Positions 9,682 through 22,464 of a stretch of 64,000 nt of DNA are shown piece by piece. The DNA is from Trypanosoma brucei. Lineage: Eukaryota. The stretch spans positions 1,088,001-1,152,000 of the forward strand of contig CP000066.1 of assembly GCA_000002445.1 (NCBI GenBank), in the 5' to 3' direction. The translations under genes and the position numbers were made by a program. Positions within the stretch are counted from its first letter, which is position 1; the number at the start of each line of letters is the position of its first letter. Under the pieces are notes generated by a model, which worked only from the letters and a program-made list of their open reading frames with translations, was not told the origin of the DNA and made no database searches.

Positions 9682-11463
9682 ATGGAAGTTCCTTTTGAAG
9701 AAGGGACGCAGTTGGTTCATGCAATTGAGCGGTCCCAGCAACGGATTTTGGATGCCTCAGCGGTGAGTGACGTGGAGACGGTACCACCGCCGACAACTAC
9801 TGCAAATGCAAATGCAACTGCTGCTGTTGCTGTTGCTCTTAAGGGTTTAGCCACCACATCTGCGCATGTGCCGCTGCCACTCTTTGGTTTGGATGATGAG
9901 GGTCGAAGTGGCAAAACGCCATTGAATAATGAAAGCGGTCCGGGAACGAGCAGTAGTGGAAGCCATAGCAGCAGCAGCAATGTTCCTGTTGCGAGTTTGC
10001 GAGCCGGTACCGCTGGTACTCCTACCGTCACCCCGGCTGCGGACTCCCGTGCGGAATCTCAAAGTAGGACAAATCTCTTTGTGAGCAATATTCCCCATTT
10101 GTTAGGGAAAAATGAGTTGGTAGATTTATTTTCGCCATATGGAGAAATTCTTTCTGCGGCTGTAATGCGAAATATTCATACGGGTGACAGTCTCGGAACG
10201 GCTTTTGTGCGTTTCGCCACAACAGAACAGGCACAGGCGGCGATGGAGGCTCTAACGGGTTATGTGCTGGAGGGCCGCTCGATGGTTGTTCAATGGGCGA
10301 AGAGGCAACACGACGACACTCCCGTAGGCGAGGCCCGAAAGAAAATTGTGAAGTTATTCGTACGTAACATTCCTTTGGATGTCAGTGACGCCGATCTAAC
10401 TGAAGTGTTCAGCGCGTTTGGTCCAGTGAAGGGCGTGTCAATACATAAAGACACCACGCCAAACGCCGGTCGCCACTTGGAACGTCGCATCGCCTTCATT
10501 ACGTTCCACACCGACGGAGTCGCTGAGAGGGCAGCTGAGGCCATCCACAACACTCGTCCCTTTCACAGTTGTGGAAAAATTCCCCTTATGGTGAAGCTTG
10601 CGGAGGATAACCCCAGACATGGACGCAGTCACAACGCACAAAGTGGCCGCAGCGCTTGGGGACGGAATGGCAACACAAATCAAAACAACGATGGCAGCGT
10701 CAGTCGCAGTAGTCCAAGTGGCAGCGTTAGAAGTAACAAGTCATTAGGGATATCGGGCCATGGTTCCGCGAGAGGGGATATTCGTGGACTCGGTATTGAC
10801 ACACCAGGTGGCCTTCCGGGACTTTTTTCGCTCGGAACCGATGCTTGCGGTTTCCCGGGAGGCGCTTTTGCCGTCTTTCCGACTATGATCCCACAGGGCG
10901 GTGTTTTTGTGCCTCAACCCGTTCTAAACGTTGGCGTAGGCGTAAATGGTCAGGCAATGGCACTGAGGACTCCAATGTTTTGGCATCAGGCCGGCTCCAC
11001 CATTCCGGTTGGTGTTATGGGCCAAAGTCAATCCGCAAATATGGGAGCCACAGGCGGCAATTGTTCACATCAGGGGTTTGCATCCGTTTCTGAGGGTTCA
11101 TCATCCGAGCAGCAGCGTGTGGACATCTTTTCGTCCTTTGCACAACCGCCGCCATTCCCCACAGATCCGTTAGCGGGTCTTGTAGATTCCACGGGGTTTT
11201 CGTTTACGGCTCCTCCTCCTCCTCCTCCTGCTCCTGCTCCTCTTTCTTCTTCTGCAGTGGAGGTCGGCCCGGTTGTAAAAGATGATGTGGAGCCAACGAT
11301 GTGTCCGCATCCGAGCAGTAGTGATGTGTATGACGCCGATTCATCATTATCGCTTGATTTTCTGGAGAATTTGGGCGCGGCGGAGTTGTGCCACGTGACG
11401 ACTCCGTCTGGTGATGAGGACCACCGCCTGCATGCCCCCGGCTCATTTGTGCCGTTTTTGTAA
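9682..11463 (+). CDS. RNA-binding protein with two RRM domains (paralog B) with long low-complexity C-terminal region
   Basis: The ORF is 593 aa. RRM1 reads 'NLFVSNIPHLLGKNELVDLFSPYGEILSAAVMRNIHTGDSLGTAFVRFATTEQA'. RRM2 reads 'KLFVRNIPLDVSDADL...RIAFITFHTDGVAERAAEA'. The C-terminus is rich in Ser, Gly and Pro. Confidence 0.8.
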   Translation: MEVPFEEGTQLVHAIERSQQRILDASAVSDVETVPPPTTTANANATAAVAVALKGLATTSAHVPLPLFGLDDEGRSGKTPLNNESGPGTSSSGSHSSSSNVPVASLRAGTAGTPTVTPAADSRAESQSRTNLFVSNIPHLLGKNELVDLFSPYGEILSAAVMRNIHTGDSLGTAFVRFATTEQAQAAMEALTGYVLEGRSMVVQWAKRQHDDTPVGEARKKIVKLFVRNIPLDVSDADLTEVFSAFGPVKGVSIHKDTTPNAGRHLERRIAFITFHTDGVAERAAEAIHNTRPFHSCGKIPLMVKLAEDNPRHGRSHNAQSGRSAWGRNGNTNQNNDGSVSRSSPSGSVRSNKSLGISGHGSARGDIRGLGIDTPGGLPGLFSLGTDACGFPGGAFAVFPTMIPQGGVFVPQPVLNVGVGVNGQAMALRTPMFWHQAGSTIPVGVMGQSQSANMGATGGNCSHQGFASVSEGSSSEQQRVDIFSSFAQPPPFPTDPLAGLVDSTGFSFTAPPPPPPAPAPLSSSAVEVGPVVKDDVEPTMCPHPSSSDVYDADSSLSLDFLENLGAAELCHVTTPSGDEDHRLHAPGSFVPFL

Positions 11464-12361
11464 CACACAGATGACTATAAAAGAATACGAAGGGTGTGTA
11501 TGTGTGTGGGTTACGAGTTTGTGTACCCTTCGTTCCATTTCGTTTCGCTCCGTTCCGTTTCTTCTCGTTTTCGTTTTCGTTTTTGTTTCGTTTTCGTTTT
11601 CGTTTTTGTTTTGTTTGTTTTTTTAATTTGGGGGACGGGGGATGGGAGGGGTTCCCACTTTTCGGAAACTTGTCTGCGTTCGTGCTTCTGTGTGCCTTTA
11701 GAAGAGGATCAAAAGGAGGAGGAGAGGAGTAGGAAGAAAGGGGGCAAATGATTTTTTTTTTTAAAAAAGAAAATAATAACAAGAGGGAAATGGCAGAGTG
11801 TACGGAGGGGAGTTATTGTACCCTTACTCACCTGTAAAAAAAAAAAAGAAATAGAAGAGTAAATAATAAAATGAAAAACAAAACAAAAAAAAACAACAAC
11901 AAAAGGAAAGGAAAGGAAAGGAAATGGATTCGGTGATTAGAACATAGTGAGCACAAATGGTTGGAGAAGAAAGTTCATAAAAAGAAGGTTTGCAAATGTG
12001 CGCGTTGTAGTGAATTTGGTGTACGTGTGTACGGCGGGGTGGGTTAGGGGTGGCAGGGAAGGAACAAGGAATGTTGTATATTTTTGTAATGAAAAATATA
12101 GTGAAACAAGAGGAATGTCACGCGTTTTTATTGTTATGTGCGCTTTATTATCACTGCTATTGTTATTGTTATCATTATTATTATTATTATTATTACTGTT
12201 ATTGTTATTGTTTTGTTGCTTACCAGAGAGATTTAATGAAGGATTCAGGTACGTGATTGATTGTGTGAAGAATATTGATGATGGATACGGATATGAATAT
12301 ATGAATATATGAATAATATTGTGATAATGATATACAGGACTGAAGTGTGTATGTGTGGAGA

Positions 12362-12392
<31 letters not shown>

Positions 12393-15300
12393 AGACAAGA
12401 GTTATGGGCGCAGGATGCGGGGAGATGTGCGCATTTAATGTGACCAATGAAAAAAAAGGAAAATGAAAATGAAAATATAATAATAATAAGAATAATGTTT
12501 TTCCCCCTTTTTTTAAAAAAGAAATGGAGTGTGAAATGAAAAGAATTAGAGCAGACACGGAAGAGAGTGAGGTAATGAAGCAGAGGAGGGAGATGAGTAG
12601 GAATAATAGAAAGGAATGCCGAAGCTGTGGGAAAGAGAGAGGCGAAAGAAACGAAGCGGAAAATAAAAAGAGGGATGTAACATATCCTTATGTAAATTAA
12701 TGGCTACTTCATTACCCTCAACTCTTTCTTCGATCCCTTTCCTCTCTTAACTCGTCACTTTATATTGTATTATTATTATTATTGATTATATTGTATTATC
12801 TTGTTTAATCTCTTGTGTCCCCCGTTCCGTTTTACCTTCCCACGACATTCAAATAAATTTTTCAATCGTTGACTTCTCGTTCCACCTTCTTTTCCTTCAT
12901 TTCATTTCATTTCACTTCATTTTCCTTTCCTTTCCTTTCCTGTTCTCTTTTTCTTTGCTCTTTTTTTCTTGTCTTTCTCTGTTCATTTCTTTTTCTTTTT
13001 ATCACTTGTTCCCCCCCGCGCGCGCTATTTACCTCCGTTTCCTCTCTTATTTTTGTTGTGTATGTTCGGGCTCTCTTTTTTTTTTCTTTTTTTTTTCTCG
13101 TTGTTTCTGTTCGATATTATTTGTTTTTGTTCTGTCGTGTTTTGTTCGGTGTTCTTTTTTTTTTTTTTTAAGTTTTAGTTTTTTGTTGTTGCGTGTGTTT
13201 TACCTTTTCCCCCATCATCTTGTTTTTTTCCCTGTCATTGTCTCTTGGGATCCGTTTTTGTTTCTGTTTCTCTATTGTTACTTTCCCGTTCATAGTGTAC
13301 GCTTTTCTTTCTTTTTCTTTAATGATAATAATAATAATTATTATTATTGTTTTTATTATATTAAATCAAACGATTCTTTTTCCCTCTTTCGTTTTTTTTT
13401 CAAACAAATTCCCAATACGGCAAAAATCCGGAAGAATGAAAGTAAAGGAATTAAAAAACAAAACAAAAAAAAACAAAAAAAAGCAAAGACGGGAGGAGGA
13501 ACGAGAACAAGAATAGACTTTTTTAAAACAAATGAATTGAACTGAAATGAATTCATATATATTCTCATTTTAAAGGAGGAAAACAACAAGGGAAAGAGGA
13601 AAAAAGAAAACTAATATTTATGATATGAAGGGAAATATTTCTCCCGTTTTGTTCGTTTTTCTCATGGGTGCATTCGAGCAAAATAAATGAGACAACTCAA
13701 GACGAAATAAAGTGAAAAAGAGAAGGAAAAAAAAAAAAGAAAAAGAACAACAAAGAAATGAGGGAATGAAGAAAATATCTCTCGGTCTTCCATTAGTTCA
13801 CTCACCACCTCCACTCATATAAAAAATATATATATATAAATAATTAATTAAATATATCAATATAAATTTATACATTTATTATTTTATTATTACTACTAAT
13901 ATTATTACAGTTATTATCATCATCATCATCATCACTATCATCATCATTATTGTTATTATTGTTCTTTTTTTTTCTTTATTGTTTATTGTTTTTAAAATTA
14001 TTATTATTATTATTATTATTGTTATTGTTGTTCATCGTAGTTGTGATGGCGGCAACAAATAATGAGTGGAGGTTGCATGGCCAAACTAAAAGGAAGAGGG
14101 AAACGAGGGGAAACGAGGAAAAGGAAAAAAAAAGAAAAAAGAAAAGAGTGAAATTAAATGAATTAAATGAAATGTATAATATATAATGTATAATCCACCA
14201 ATATTTTGTTTTTTTTGTTTTTGTTTTTGTTTTTTTGCCTTTGGTTTACTTGTGAAAGAAAGGAAAGAAAGACCAAACAAAATGAATTGAAGTAAATGGC
14301 AAAAAAAAAGAAAAAAAAGTAACAAAAGCAAAAGACAAAGGGGGAAAAAACAACAACAACAAAAAGGTGTGAGATTATACAAAATTGTATGTTCCTTTAA
14401 GAATTTGTGTTTGTTTGTGGTTTGTTTATTATTATTATTATTATTATAATTTTCATCGTGACTCATTACCGTTGAAAGTAGTCGTCCATTTTGACAAAGC
14501 GGAGAGGCGAAGGGGGAGTGGTGGTGGTGGTGGTGAAGTGGAGAAGTGGAGAAGTGGAGAGGGGGGGGGGAAAAAACAAAAGAAAAGAAGAAATTTTGTA
14601 TGAGAGAAAATCAAATTTAAAAACAAAAACAAAACAAAAAAAAACAAACAAAATGTATAAATATAAATAAAAGAAAAAGAAAAGAAAAAAAATGACATAT
14701 TGGGGAATTACACCACGTCAAGTGTACGAAAAAAGTGAAATTGAATTGAATTGAATGAGATAAGATGAGATGAGATGAAACGCAAAATGTACACACGTAA
14801 AAAAAGGGGGGGGAGGAAAAAGAAAAGAAAAGAAAATAATAATTCCTTTTTTTTAAAAAAAAAGGAGGAACTGAAGAAATATCGCCATGGGAGGAGAGAC
14901 GGTGACCGCTAAAGTGACCGATATGACACAAATAACAATTAAATAAAATGAGCGAATGAGCGCTTTCGTTTAGCAAAAAAAAAAAAAATAATAATAATGA
15001 TAATAATAATTAAAAGTGACGGGCTTTCGTTATTATTTCCAAGTGGCAGAAAAAAAAAAAGAAAAATAAAGGAAAGTGAAGAATATGTTGTGTGCGTGTG
15101 TTTTCTTTTTCTTTTTTTCTTTTTTTTTTTTCTCTCCTTCTCACAAATTAAAAGAAAAACAAAATAGTAATAAAAGAGAGAGAGAGTGAGTGAGTGAAGA
15201 AAGGAAGAAAGGAAGGAAAAAGAGGTAACAGAAAAAATGAAAAGGAAAAGAATAAAGGAGAATATACCTTTATGCAGAAATAAATAAATAAATAAATAAA

Positions 15301-15870
15301 TGTACACATTCATATACGTTATGGTCACATAAATTTAGAGAAGGATATGAAGAAGGAGGAGGAGGTAAAAAAAGAAAAAAAAATAAAGGAATGCAAAAAA
15401 AATAAAATATATAAATAAATATATATATATATACACAGTTCGAATGAAGATTAACAAGTGAAAAGTTGATGGGATTATGGAATTCCAAAAATAAATAAAA
15501 AAAAAGAGGAAAAATAAAATGGGGGGGAGGGAAGAGAGACCGGGTTACGCAATAATAATAATAATAATAATATTTTTTCCCTCCCTCTTTTCTATTTTCT
15601 TCTTCTTCTTTTTTCTTTTTTTCTTTTTGTGCCTCACACGTGTGTATTTATTTATATATGTGTTTATATTCCGTCTCATATCTTTTTCCCACCATCACTG
15701 CTATGGTTTTGATAGCGGAATTCAGCAGAAGATACAACACCAACACGTTGCATTTACACGGGCACATTTTTTTTTTTTTGCTTCTTCATATATTTTTACT
15801 CACGCGGTTTTTTTGTTGGTATATTTGGTAAAATGCCCCGGTGTTTTTATTGTTTTTTCTTGTTATTGCC

Positions 15871-15906
<36 letters not shown>

Positions 15907-16089
15907 GTGTTCGCTGCTTTTCCCTCCCAAACCGTAACGCCGTGTGTCATGTAAACAAGTGATTTTTGTTGTTTCCTTTTTTTCTTTTTCTTTTCCTTTT
16001 TTATTTTATTTTAATTTGATTAATTCTTCCTTTCTTTCCTATCAAAAACAAAACAAAACAGAAAATAAATAAAAACACATATACACATA

Positions 16090-16092
<3 letters not shown>

Positions 16093-16145
<53 letters not shown>
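16093..16145. repeat. (CA)n microsatellite of about 26 units
   Basis: An uninterrupted acacac... run read directly from the sequence. Confidence 0.95.
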
Positions 16146-16148
<3 letters not shown>

Positions 16149-16404
16149 GAATAAATAATAATAATAATAAAACAACCGTTCATTTGCCACCGTTAGCATA
16201 TTTTACTAACAACAGCATCATTTCAATAATATTAATATCAATAATAATAATAATAATAACGGTAGTAATGGTAACTATTATATTATCAATATTATTATTA
16301 CGTTATTATTGTTATGTTTATTTATTTATTTTGAATTGTTTTTGATATTATTATTATTATTGATATTATTGTTGTTGTTGTTCTTATGTTAATGAGATAT
16401 GAGG

Positions 16405-16410
<6 letters not shown>

Positions 16411-16455
<45 letters not shown>
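16411..16455. repeat. (TA)n microsatellite of about 22 units
   Basis: An uninterrupted tatata... run read directly from the sequence. Confidence 0.95.
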
Positions 16456-16458
<3 letters not shown>

Positions 16459-19400
16459 TACATTTATTATTATTATTATTATTATTTTAAAGAGCGTGGC
16501 ACCGAAGTGCTGAATAAAAGTGAAAATGAAAATGAAACGAAATTTTATGTTATGTTATGTTGTGTTGTGTTGTGTTATGTTTTTATTTTATTTTTGAATG
16601 GAGATGGGAAAGAAACACATAAGGCACTGAAAATGGAATGCATCGTTCATCGTTTTTTTTTTGTTTTCTAGAAACAACCCCGGAGAAACCCGAAGGGGAA
16701 ATACAAAAAAAAAAGGAAAGGGAATATAATATGTATATTTTTATATTTATAGCAATGGGATGATGAAAGGTGGAGGGAAGAATATGCGAGGATACGTATG
16801 GAGTTTTATGTTGTATTAATAATTTCAGCAAAAAAAAAAAGGAGGAGGAGGAAAGGAAGAACAGGAAAATAAAAAGGAAAAATAAAAAAAAAAGATAAAA
16901 TAAAAGCAAAAAAAAAAACTTGAAATATGTGTGGACGTGATAACATAATCACGCCTTTCCCCTGTTCTTTGCTTTTAATTTTTATTTTTGTTAGCGTTGT
17001 TTTTCTTGTCATTTGCTACGAAAGACCTGAGATAAATGCGTATCTGTTTTGTTGTTTTTTTTTCTTTTGTTAATAATCTCTTTATTATGTTATATTATAT
17101 TATATATTGTACTCAAATTAAATTAAATTAAATTTTTGTACTGTATTGTCTTGTCTTTTCTTGTCGTAACGCTGCCAGTAGTCGCAGCAGCAGTTTTGGT
17201 CTCGAGGGAAGAGATGGATTGAAATGAATTTTAGAAAAAAAAAACAATAGGAAATAATAATAATAATAATTATTATTATTATTATTGTTGTTATTGTTAT
17301 TGTTATTGGTAAAACCGAAATAATTGTAAAGCAACGAGGAGGGGATGGTAATGAAAGTGGTGAAAAGGTACGAGTGGTGCATGGAACTCTTTTCTTTCTT
17401 TTTTTTAGAAAAAAAAGAAAGAAAAGAGAATGACATGAAGAATTTTTATGCCCGTTATACTTTAGATGTAAAGGAATAACAACAGAAACAAAAACAAACG
17501 ATAATAATAATATTAATAACAACAATATCATCATCATCAAGGAAGTCGCTTAACAAAAAAAAAAAGAAAATGTACACAAAGGTGCAAAAATGCACAAACT
17601 TATAAATATATAAATATAAATATAAATATGTATGAATACATGTTTGTATTTTGTATTTTGTATATATTTATATATACGTAAATTTCTTTAAGTGTTACGA
17701 TTGCTATGTTGAAGTGAAGCGATTCATTTGACGGAGCGGTACCCGGTAATCGCACGAATTTTATTTATGCCATTTCCTTACCGGACTGTCCTCTTTTTTT
17801 TTTTTTCTTTCACTTCCTCTTCATATTGTTCCTTTTCTGATTTATTGTTTTTGTTTTATTTACTTATTTTTATTTCCTCCCCTCTTAGGCATATTTCCCC
17901 CACCTTCCTTCCCTCCGTGGTTTCATTTGCTATCGGCAGTACCGATCTGTGTTCTTTTTTTTTTTAAAATAAAAGAAAAAGGAAAACAAAAAAAAACTTT
18001 TGGCTTTGATATTTCCCCCGATTATTATTGTTATTATTGTTATTATTGTTATTATTATTATTGTTATTGTTATTATTGTTTTTGTTATCGTTTGTTTTCA
18101 TTGCTGTGTTTTCATCGTGTAACCGCATCTTTTTTTTTTGTTATTTGTTTTTCTTTCCTTTTGTGTACGCTTATATTTGTACAAATATATTTGCATATGT
18201 ATCTGCGTGAATGCGTGGTTTGTGTTTTGTTTTTGTTTTATTTTATTTTCCTGCTTCTCACTTGCACGTCAGTTTCAACATCAACAACATCAACATCAAC
18301 ATCAACAACAAAAAGAAAAAGAAAAAAGAAAAAGAAAAAGAAAAAGAAAGCAGCTCTGCCCACATTCCCTCACCCGTTTCCTGTTTTTTTCACTTACACT
18401 TTTTGTTTTTGTTTTTGTTTCCATTTTGCTCTGCTCGACTCTTTTTTGTTTTTTTTTTGTTTTCAAGTTTGTTTCCACCGCGTGACTTTCTTTTTCCATC
18501 CCAGTGTGTTATGATTAGGATTATGACAGCTATAGTTACTACAATTATAATTATAATTACAATTGCAATTTATTGTTATTATGATTGTGGTTGTTGTTAT
18601 TTGCCCCCTTTTCATTGTTCGTCTGTGTCATTCTTCCACGCCCCTCTGCCTTTTTTTCTTTTCCTTTTTTTCTTTTCTTTTCTTTTTTTTCTTTTCCCAT
18701 TTTGTTTGTTCGTTTGTTGTTTTGAATTTATTCATTCATTCATTCGTTTTCTCTTTGCCTTTTATTTTTACTTTTAATTGAATGAAAGGCTTTTCACTTA
18801 TGTGTGTTGCCACCTGCGGGAATTTTTTTCACACACCTCATCTCTTTTTTTTTTCTCTCTCTCTCTCTCTTTCTCTTTCTCTTTCTCTTCTTTTTCTTCT
18901 TTTGCCACTTTTCCCTTCTTTCTTCAGCTGAGTCAAACAATCCGTAATATATATAAATAAATATATAAAAATATAAATATATATATATATATCTTTTCCC
19001 TGTTGTTTTTTTTTCTTCTTCTTTTACTGATATTACTCACATATGTATTCTTTTACTTGAGCCCTCATTCCATTTATCTTTTTTCCTTCTTATTCTTCTT
19101 TGTTCTTTTTCTTTTTTTCATATTTCACTTTATTCGAATAACTTTTGCTCGTGTAAATGATAAAAATAAAATAGAAAGAACAAAGAAGAAGAAAGGGAGA
19201 CAGCCATACAAAGAGGTGGGAAATAGGAAAAGGTAGAAGAAAATAATAAAAAAAAAAGAGAGAGTGAGAGTAAGAGTGAGAAATAGTGCGCGTGTTTGTG
19301 TGAAAGTTGTTCGCATTAGTGTTTTTGACGACACGTGAGCGGACGGTGCTTTTTTTGTTTGTTTGTTTGTTTTGTTTTGTTTTCAGTACTTAACCAACGG

Positions 19401-19570
19401 AAAGAGAAAAGGGAGAGAGAGAGAGAAAAAAAAAGAAAGAAAAAAATATATAAATATACACATAAATATATAAATAGTAGCAAAGGTTGAAAAGAAAACA
19501 ATAGCACCGTATCGAAGTCAAAAGGAAGTGAGTGAGTGAGTGAGTGCGTAAGAGGAAGGAGGAGAATAAA

Positions 19571-21223
19571 ATGCCTCCAAAACGCTCAAAAGGTGTAACA
19601 TTTAAACTCGTCCACCAGCCATATGATGACGCGGAGAACACCGGAGGGCGTAAAGCCATAATGGTGGAAGAGCGAATAGTGCGTCAGCATTTACCGGCAT
19701 CGGGTTCAGGACGCGGACGCCGTCAGCGGGATGATGATGACAGCTTTTGTGATGATGGAGGAGCCTCTATGTCAACTGTAAGTCGTTGGGCACAAGAATG
19801 GGATGAGACATCGGCACCAACTGAACGTAACGCAGGAATGTTAGAAGGTGAAGAGGATTACTTAAATAGGCACAACTTTCTTTTGGCACAGGACCCTGAT
19901 GATGATGATGATAATAATAATAATAATAAAAATAAAAATGATGAATGTGCTGATGATGGCGGCTATGAGGATATTAGTGATAATGACGGTGGTGCATGTG
20001 AAGGAGTTACTAAGAAGTCTAGAAGTGAAGCCGCTGACGGTGAGGAGGAAAGTAGTGACGATAAATTGTTTGATGACCAGGAGGAAGGTGAAGTAACGGA
20101 TGAGTTTCTGAGACAGTTGGTTTTTGGCGGAGAAGACGATGATTTGGATGTTGACAGGCGCCGATGTGGTGATGATGATGATGATGATGATGACGGCAAT
20201 GATGACGGAAGTACAAACCGTGACAACGTCCCGGCAAGTTTTGTGCCACATGACACGACACGGCGTGCGATTGACCGCCAGTTCACACAACTGATGCGTG
20301 AGTTCACCGTTGATGAGAGGTTAAATGACGCTTATACCGATGACCCGCGGACGCAAGGTGCGCTAGACGCTGACCAGTACCTCCGCGCTATGGAAGAGTT
20401 TGTCGTTGAGCGTGCCGGTATTGATTATAGAACTGCTGAGCCAATGCGAAATAAGGGCCTTATTCACCAGCTAAAGAGCATGGCATACGGCGTTCCAACC
20501 GACATGACGGCTTCGGGTGATGTAATCACAACGACAATTTTGCCTGACAAAAAAATACGTTTCGCAACGGAATTTAAACGGGAGACAGAGGAGATCCGGA
20601 GAGCCGCTCGGGAGCGTATATTGCGCCGTCAGGCTGAGGCTCAGAAGAACGCTGCGGACGGTGAAGTGAAAATAGGTCATGATAGCATGGGCGCTAGTGA
20701 AGAAATGGATGATGATTGTAATCACGATGATGGCACATTTCAGGTGAGGAATGCTGCAAAAGCGAATAACTCATCAGAATGTGGCAGCGAGTCGCAGGAG
20801 GAGGAGGAGGAGGGGGAAACATATGTTGTGCGGAGGATCGTAGATAAGTCCAACCGCCTTGATTGCGAGACAGTTTTATCAACTTACTCCACGTACTTCA
20901 ATCAACCTAACGTCATACGGGCCCCAGACGCGGGAAAGAAGCGGAAGGGTAAAAAAGTTACTCAACCGCACCGTGACAATAATGAGGGTGATGACATGTC
21001 GCAGGAGGTGCCGGACTTGAGCACGTCGGTGTTGTCCTTAGCGAAAGGAAAGAATGAATCGAAGGAGGAGAAAAAGATGCGAAAGCAGTTGGTAAAGGAT
21101 CTGAAGCGCGAACGCCGTGGGAAGAAGAAGGAACTTCGACAAGTGTACAAGACAATGGAGGCTGAAGAAGCCCGCCGTGTGAAGGAGTCGCAAACGGCGA
21201 GGAAGACATTGTCCTTCTTGTAA
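19571..21223 (+). CDS. LTV1: LTV1 homolog (pre-40S ribosome biogenesis/export factor), highly acidic
   Basis: The track ORF is 19544–21223, and the likely start is 'MPPKRSKGVTFKLVHQPYDD' at 19571. The N-terminus matches the LTV1 N-terminus ('...KKKAVSFHLVHRSQRDP'). The C-terminal blocks 'LDCETVLSTYSTYFNQPNVIRA' and 'KNESKEEKKMRKQLVKDLKRERRGKKKEL' match human LTV1 'WDCESICSTYSNLYNHPQLIKY' and 'KNESKEDKRARKQAIKEERKERRVEKK'. Long Asp/Glu runs are present. Confidence 0.8.
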   Translation: MPPKRSKGVTFKLVHQPYDDAENTGGRKAIMVEERIVRQHLPASGSGRGRRQRDDDDSFCDDGGASMSTVSRWAQEWDETSAPTERNAGMLEGEEDYLNRHNFLLAQDPDDDDDNNNNNKNKNDECADDGGYEDISDNDGGACEGVTKKSRSEAADGEEESSDDKLFDDQEEGEVTDEFLRQLVFGGEDDDLDVDRRRCGDDDDDDDDGNDDGSTNRDNVPASFVPHDTTRRAIDRQFTQLMREFTVDERLNDAYTDDPRTQGALDADQYLRAMEEFVVERAGIDYRTAEPMRNKGLIHQLKSMAYGVPTDMTASGDVITTTILPDKKIRFATEFKRETEEIRRAARERILRRQAEAQKNAADGEVKIGHDSMGASEEMDDDCNHDDGTFQVRNAAKANNSSECGSESQEEEEEGETYVVRRIVDKSNRLDCETVLSTYSTYFNQPNVIRAPDAGKKRKGKKVTQPHRDNNEGDDMSQEVPDLSTSVLSLAKGKNESKEEKKMRKQLVKDLKRERRGKKKELRQVYKTMEAEEARRVKESQTARKTLSFL

Positions 21224-22464
21224 AGGTAGAGAAATGAAAAGTTTTTGTCGTTTGTTTCCTTTTAATTGCCACTTTTGTGTGGATTCACGCCAGGAGGTGC
21301 CACACGGTGTTTTGCAATGTAGCGATGTGTTGTTACCGCTCCATGTGTTTCTCCTGTTGTCCGTCGCAATTAAAACTTCACTTCCGTTTAGCAGCCGTTT
21401 GTAGTGGTTACTGGCCGTTGTGATTGGTGAATCAATTAATGTCTTGCAGTGTATATGCGTTTATGCATACTTTTCACCTCTCCTGCAGGTGCTTCTTTTT
21501 GGGGAAGTGGAATTCATATGCACACGCAACACAAGGTGAGCACAATCTAAAAGTATTCGAGTAACTTTATTTGTGGTAATACAGGAAAAAAGTGAAATAC
21601 AAATATATATATATAAGAGATGCAAATGTAGGGGGGGGGAGCTAAGAAGAGAAGAGCAGTGAAACAACAACAACCGCTAGGGATTCGGCTAAGGGAAGAG
21701 TAAACGTGGGGAATGTTAGTGAATTTCAACTGCGCCACGTCCGTGGTCAACACACACACACACATATATGTCATGTATATATCATGTATATAATATATAT
21801 ACATATATATGTGTGTTTATTTATGAGTGCGTGTTAGAATCGAGAAGCATTACGCCTTATGTCTCTTGCTGAATCATGTGTCTTTTTTTTTTTTTTAAAA
21901 AAAGCACATGAGTGTAGCAGCGCCCTTCTGTTTGTTGCATTTCAAGGTTTTTTTTATTTTTACTTCCCCTTTCTCTTTTTCACATTCCGCAGTATAACGT
22001 TGCACAGTTTGCAAAGGCCGAGAACTCCTCTAAGAAGTCGCATGAACTTTAACACTCTCCTCCAACTCTATTGCTTGTCGCTATCTTACTCCCTTCCTTC
22101 CTTCCTTCCTTCCTTTTCATTTCATTTTATTTTATTTACTCTACTTTTACTTGCGCATTTTCTTATTGTTGCTGTTGTTCCCTGCTTTTGTAATATTAGT
22201 TTATTTTATCTGATACACTTGTGACCCTTTGGAGGGGGAGGGGTGAGGAAACCAACGTATCACCAGGTTTGTAAGGTGCAAAACGAAGGAAGCGGGTAGT
22301 TTCAGGGGGAGGGGCCCTGTTCGGCGTTCATAACAAATCTAAACACTGAAACAGACAGAAAAAAAAAAGAAATAATTATACATACATTAAAAACTCACAA
22401 AAGTAGCCTAGCAGTAGGAGGCATCTTGTAGAGGGAATAACCGAACAGGGGTAACGCACCGCAC

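Noticed and set aside
5390-9741. Dozens of 60–190-aa ORFs rich in F/L/S/C or K/E/N in the AT-rich gaps (also 11411–19659 and 23531–25869)
   Set aside because: They are translations of poly-pyrimidine, poly-purine or microsatellite DNA. They overlap each other on both strands and have extreme low complexity. They are intergenic or UTR sequence.
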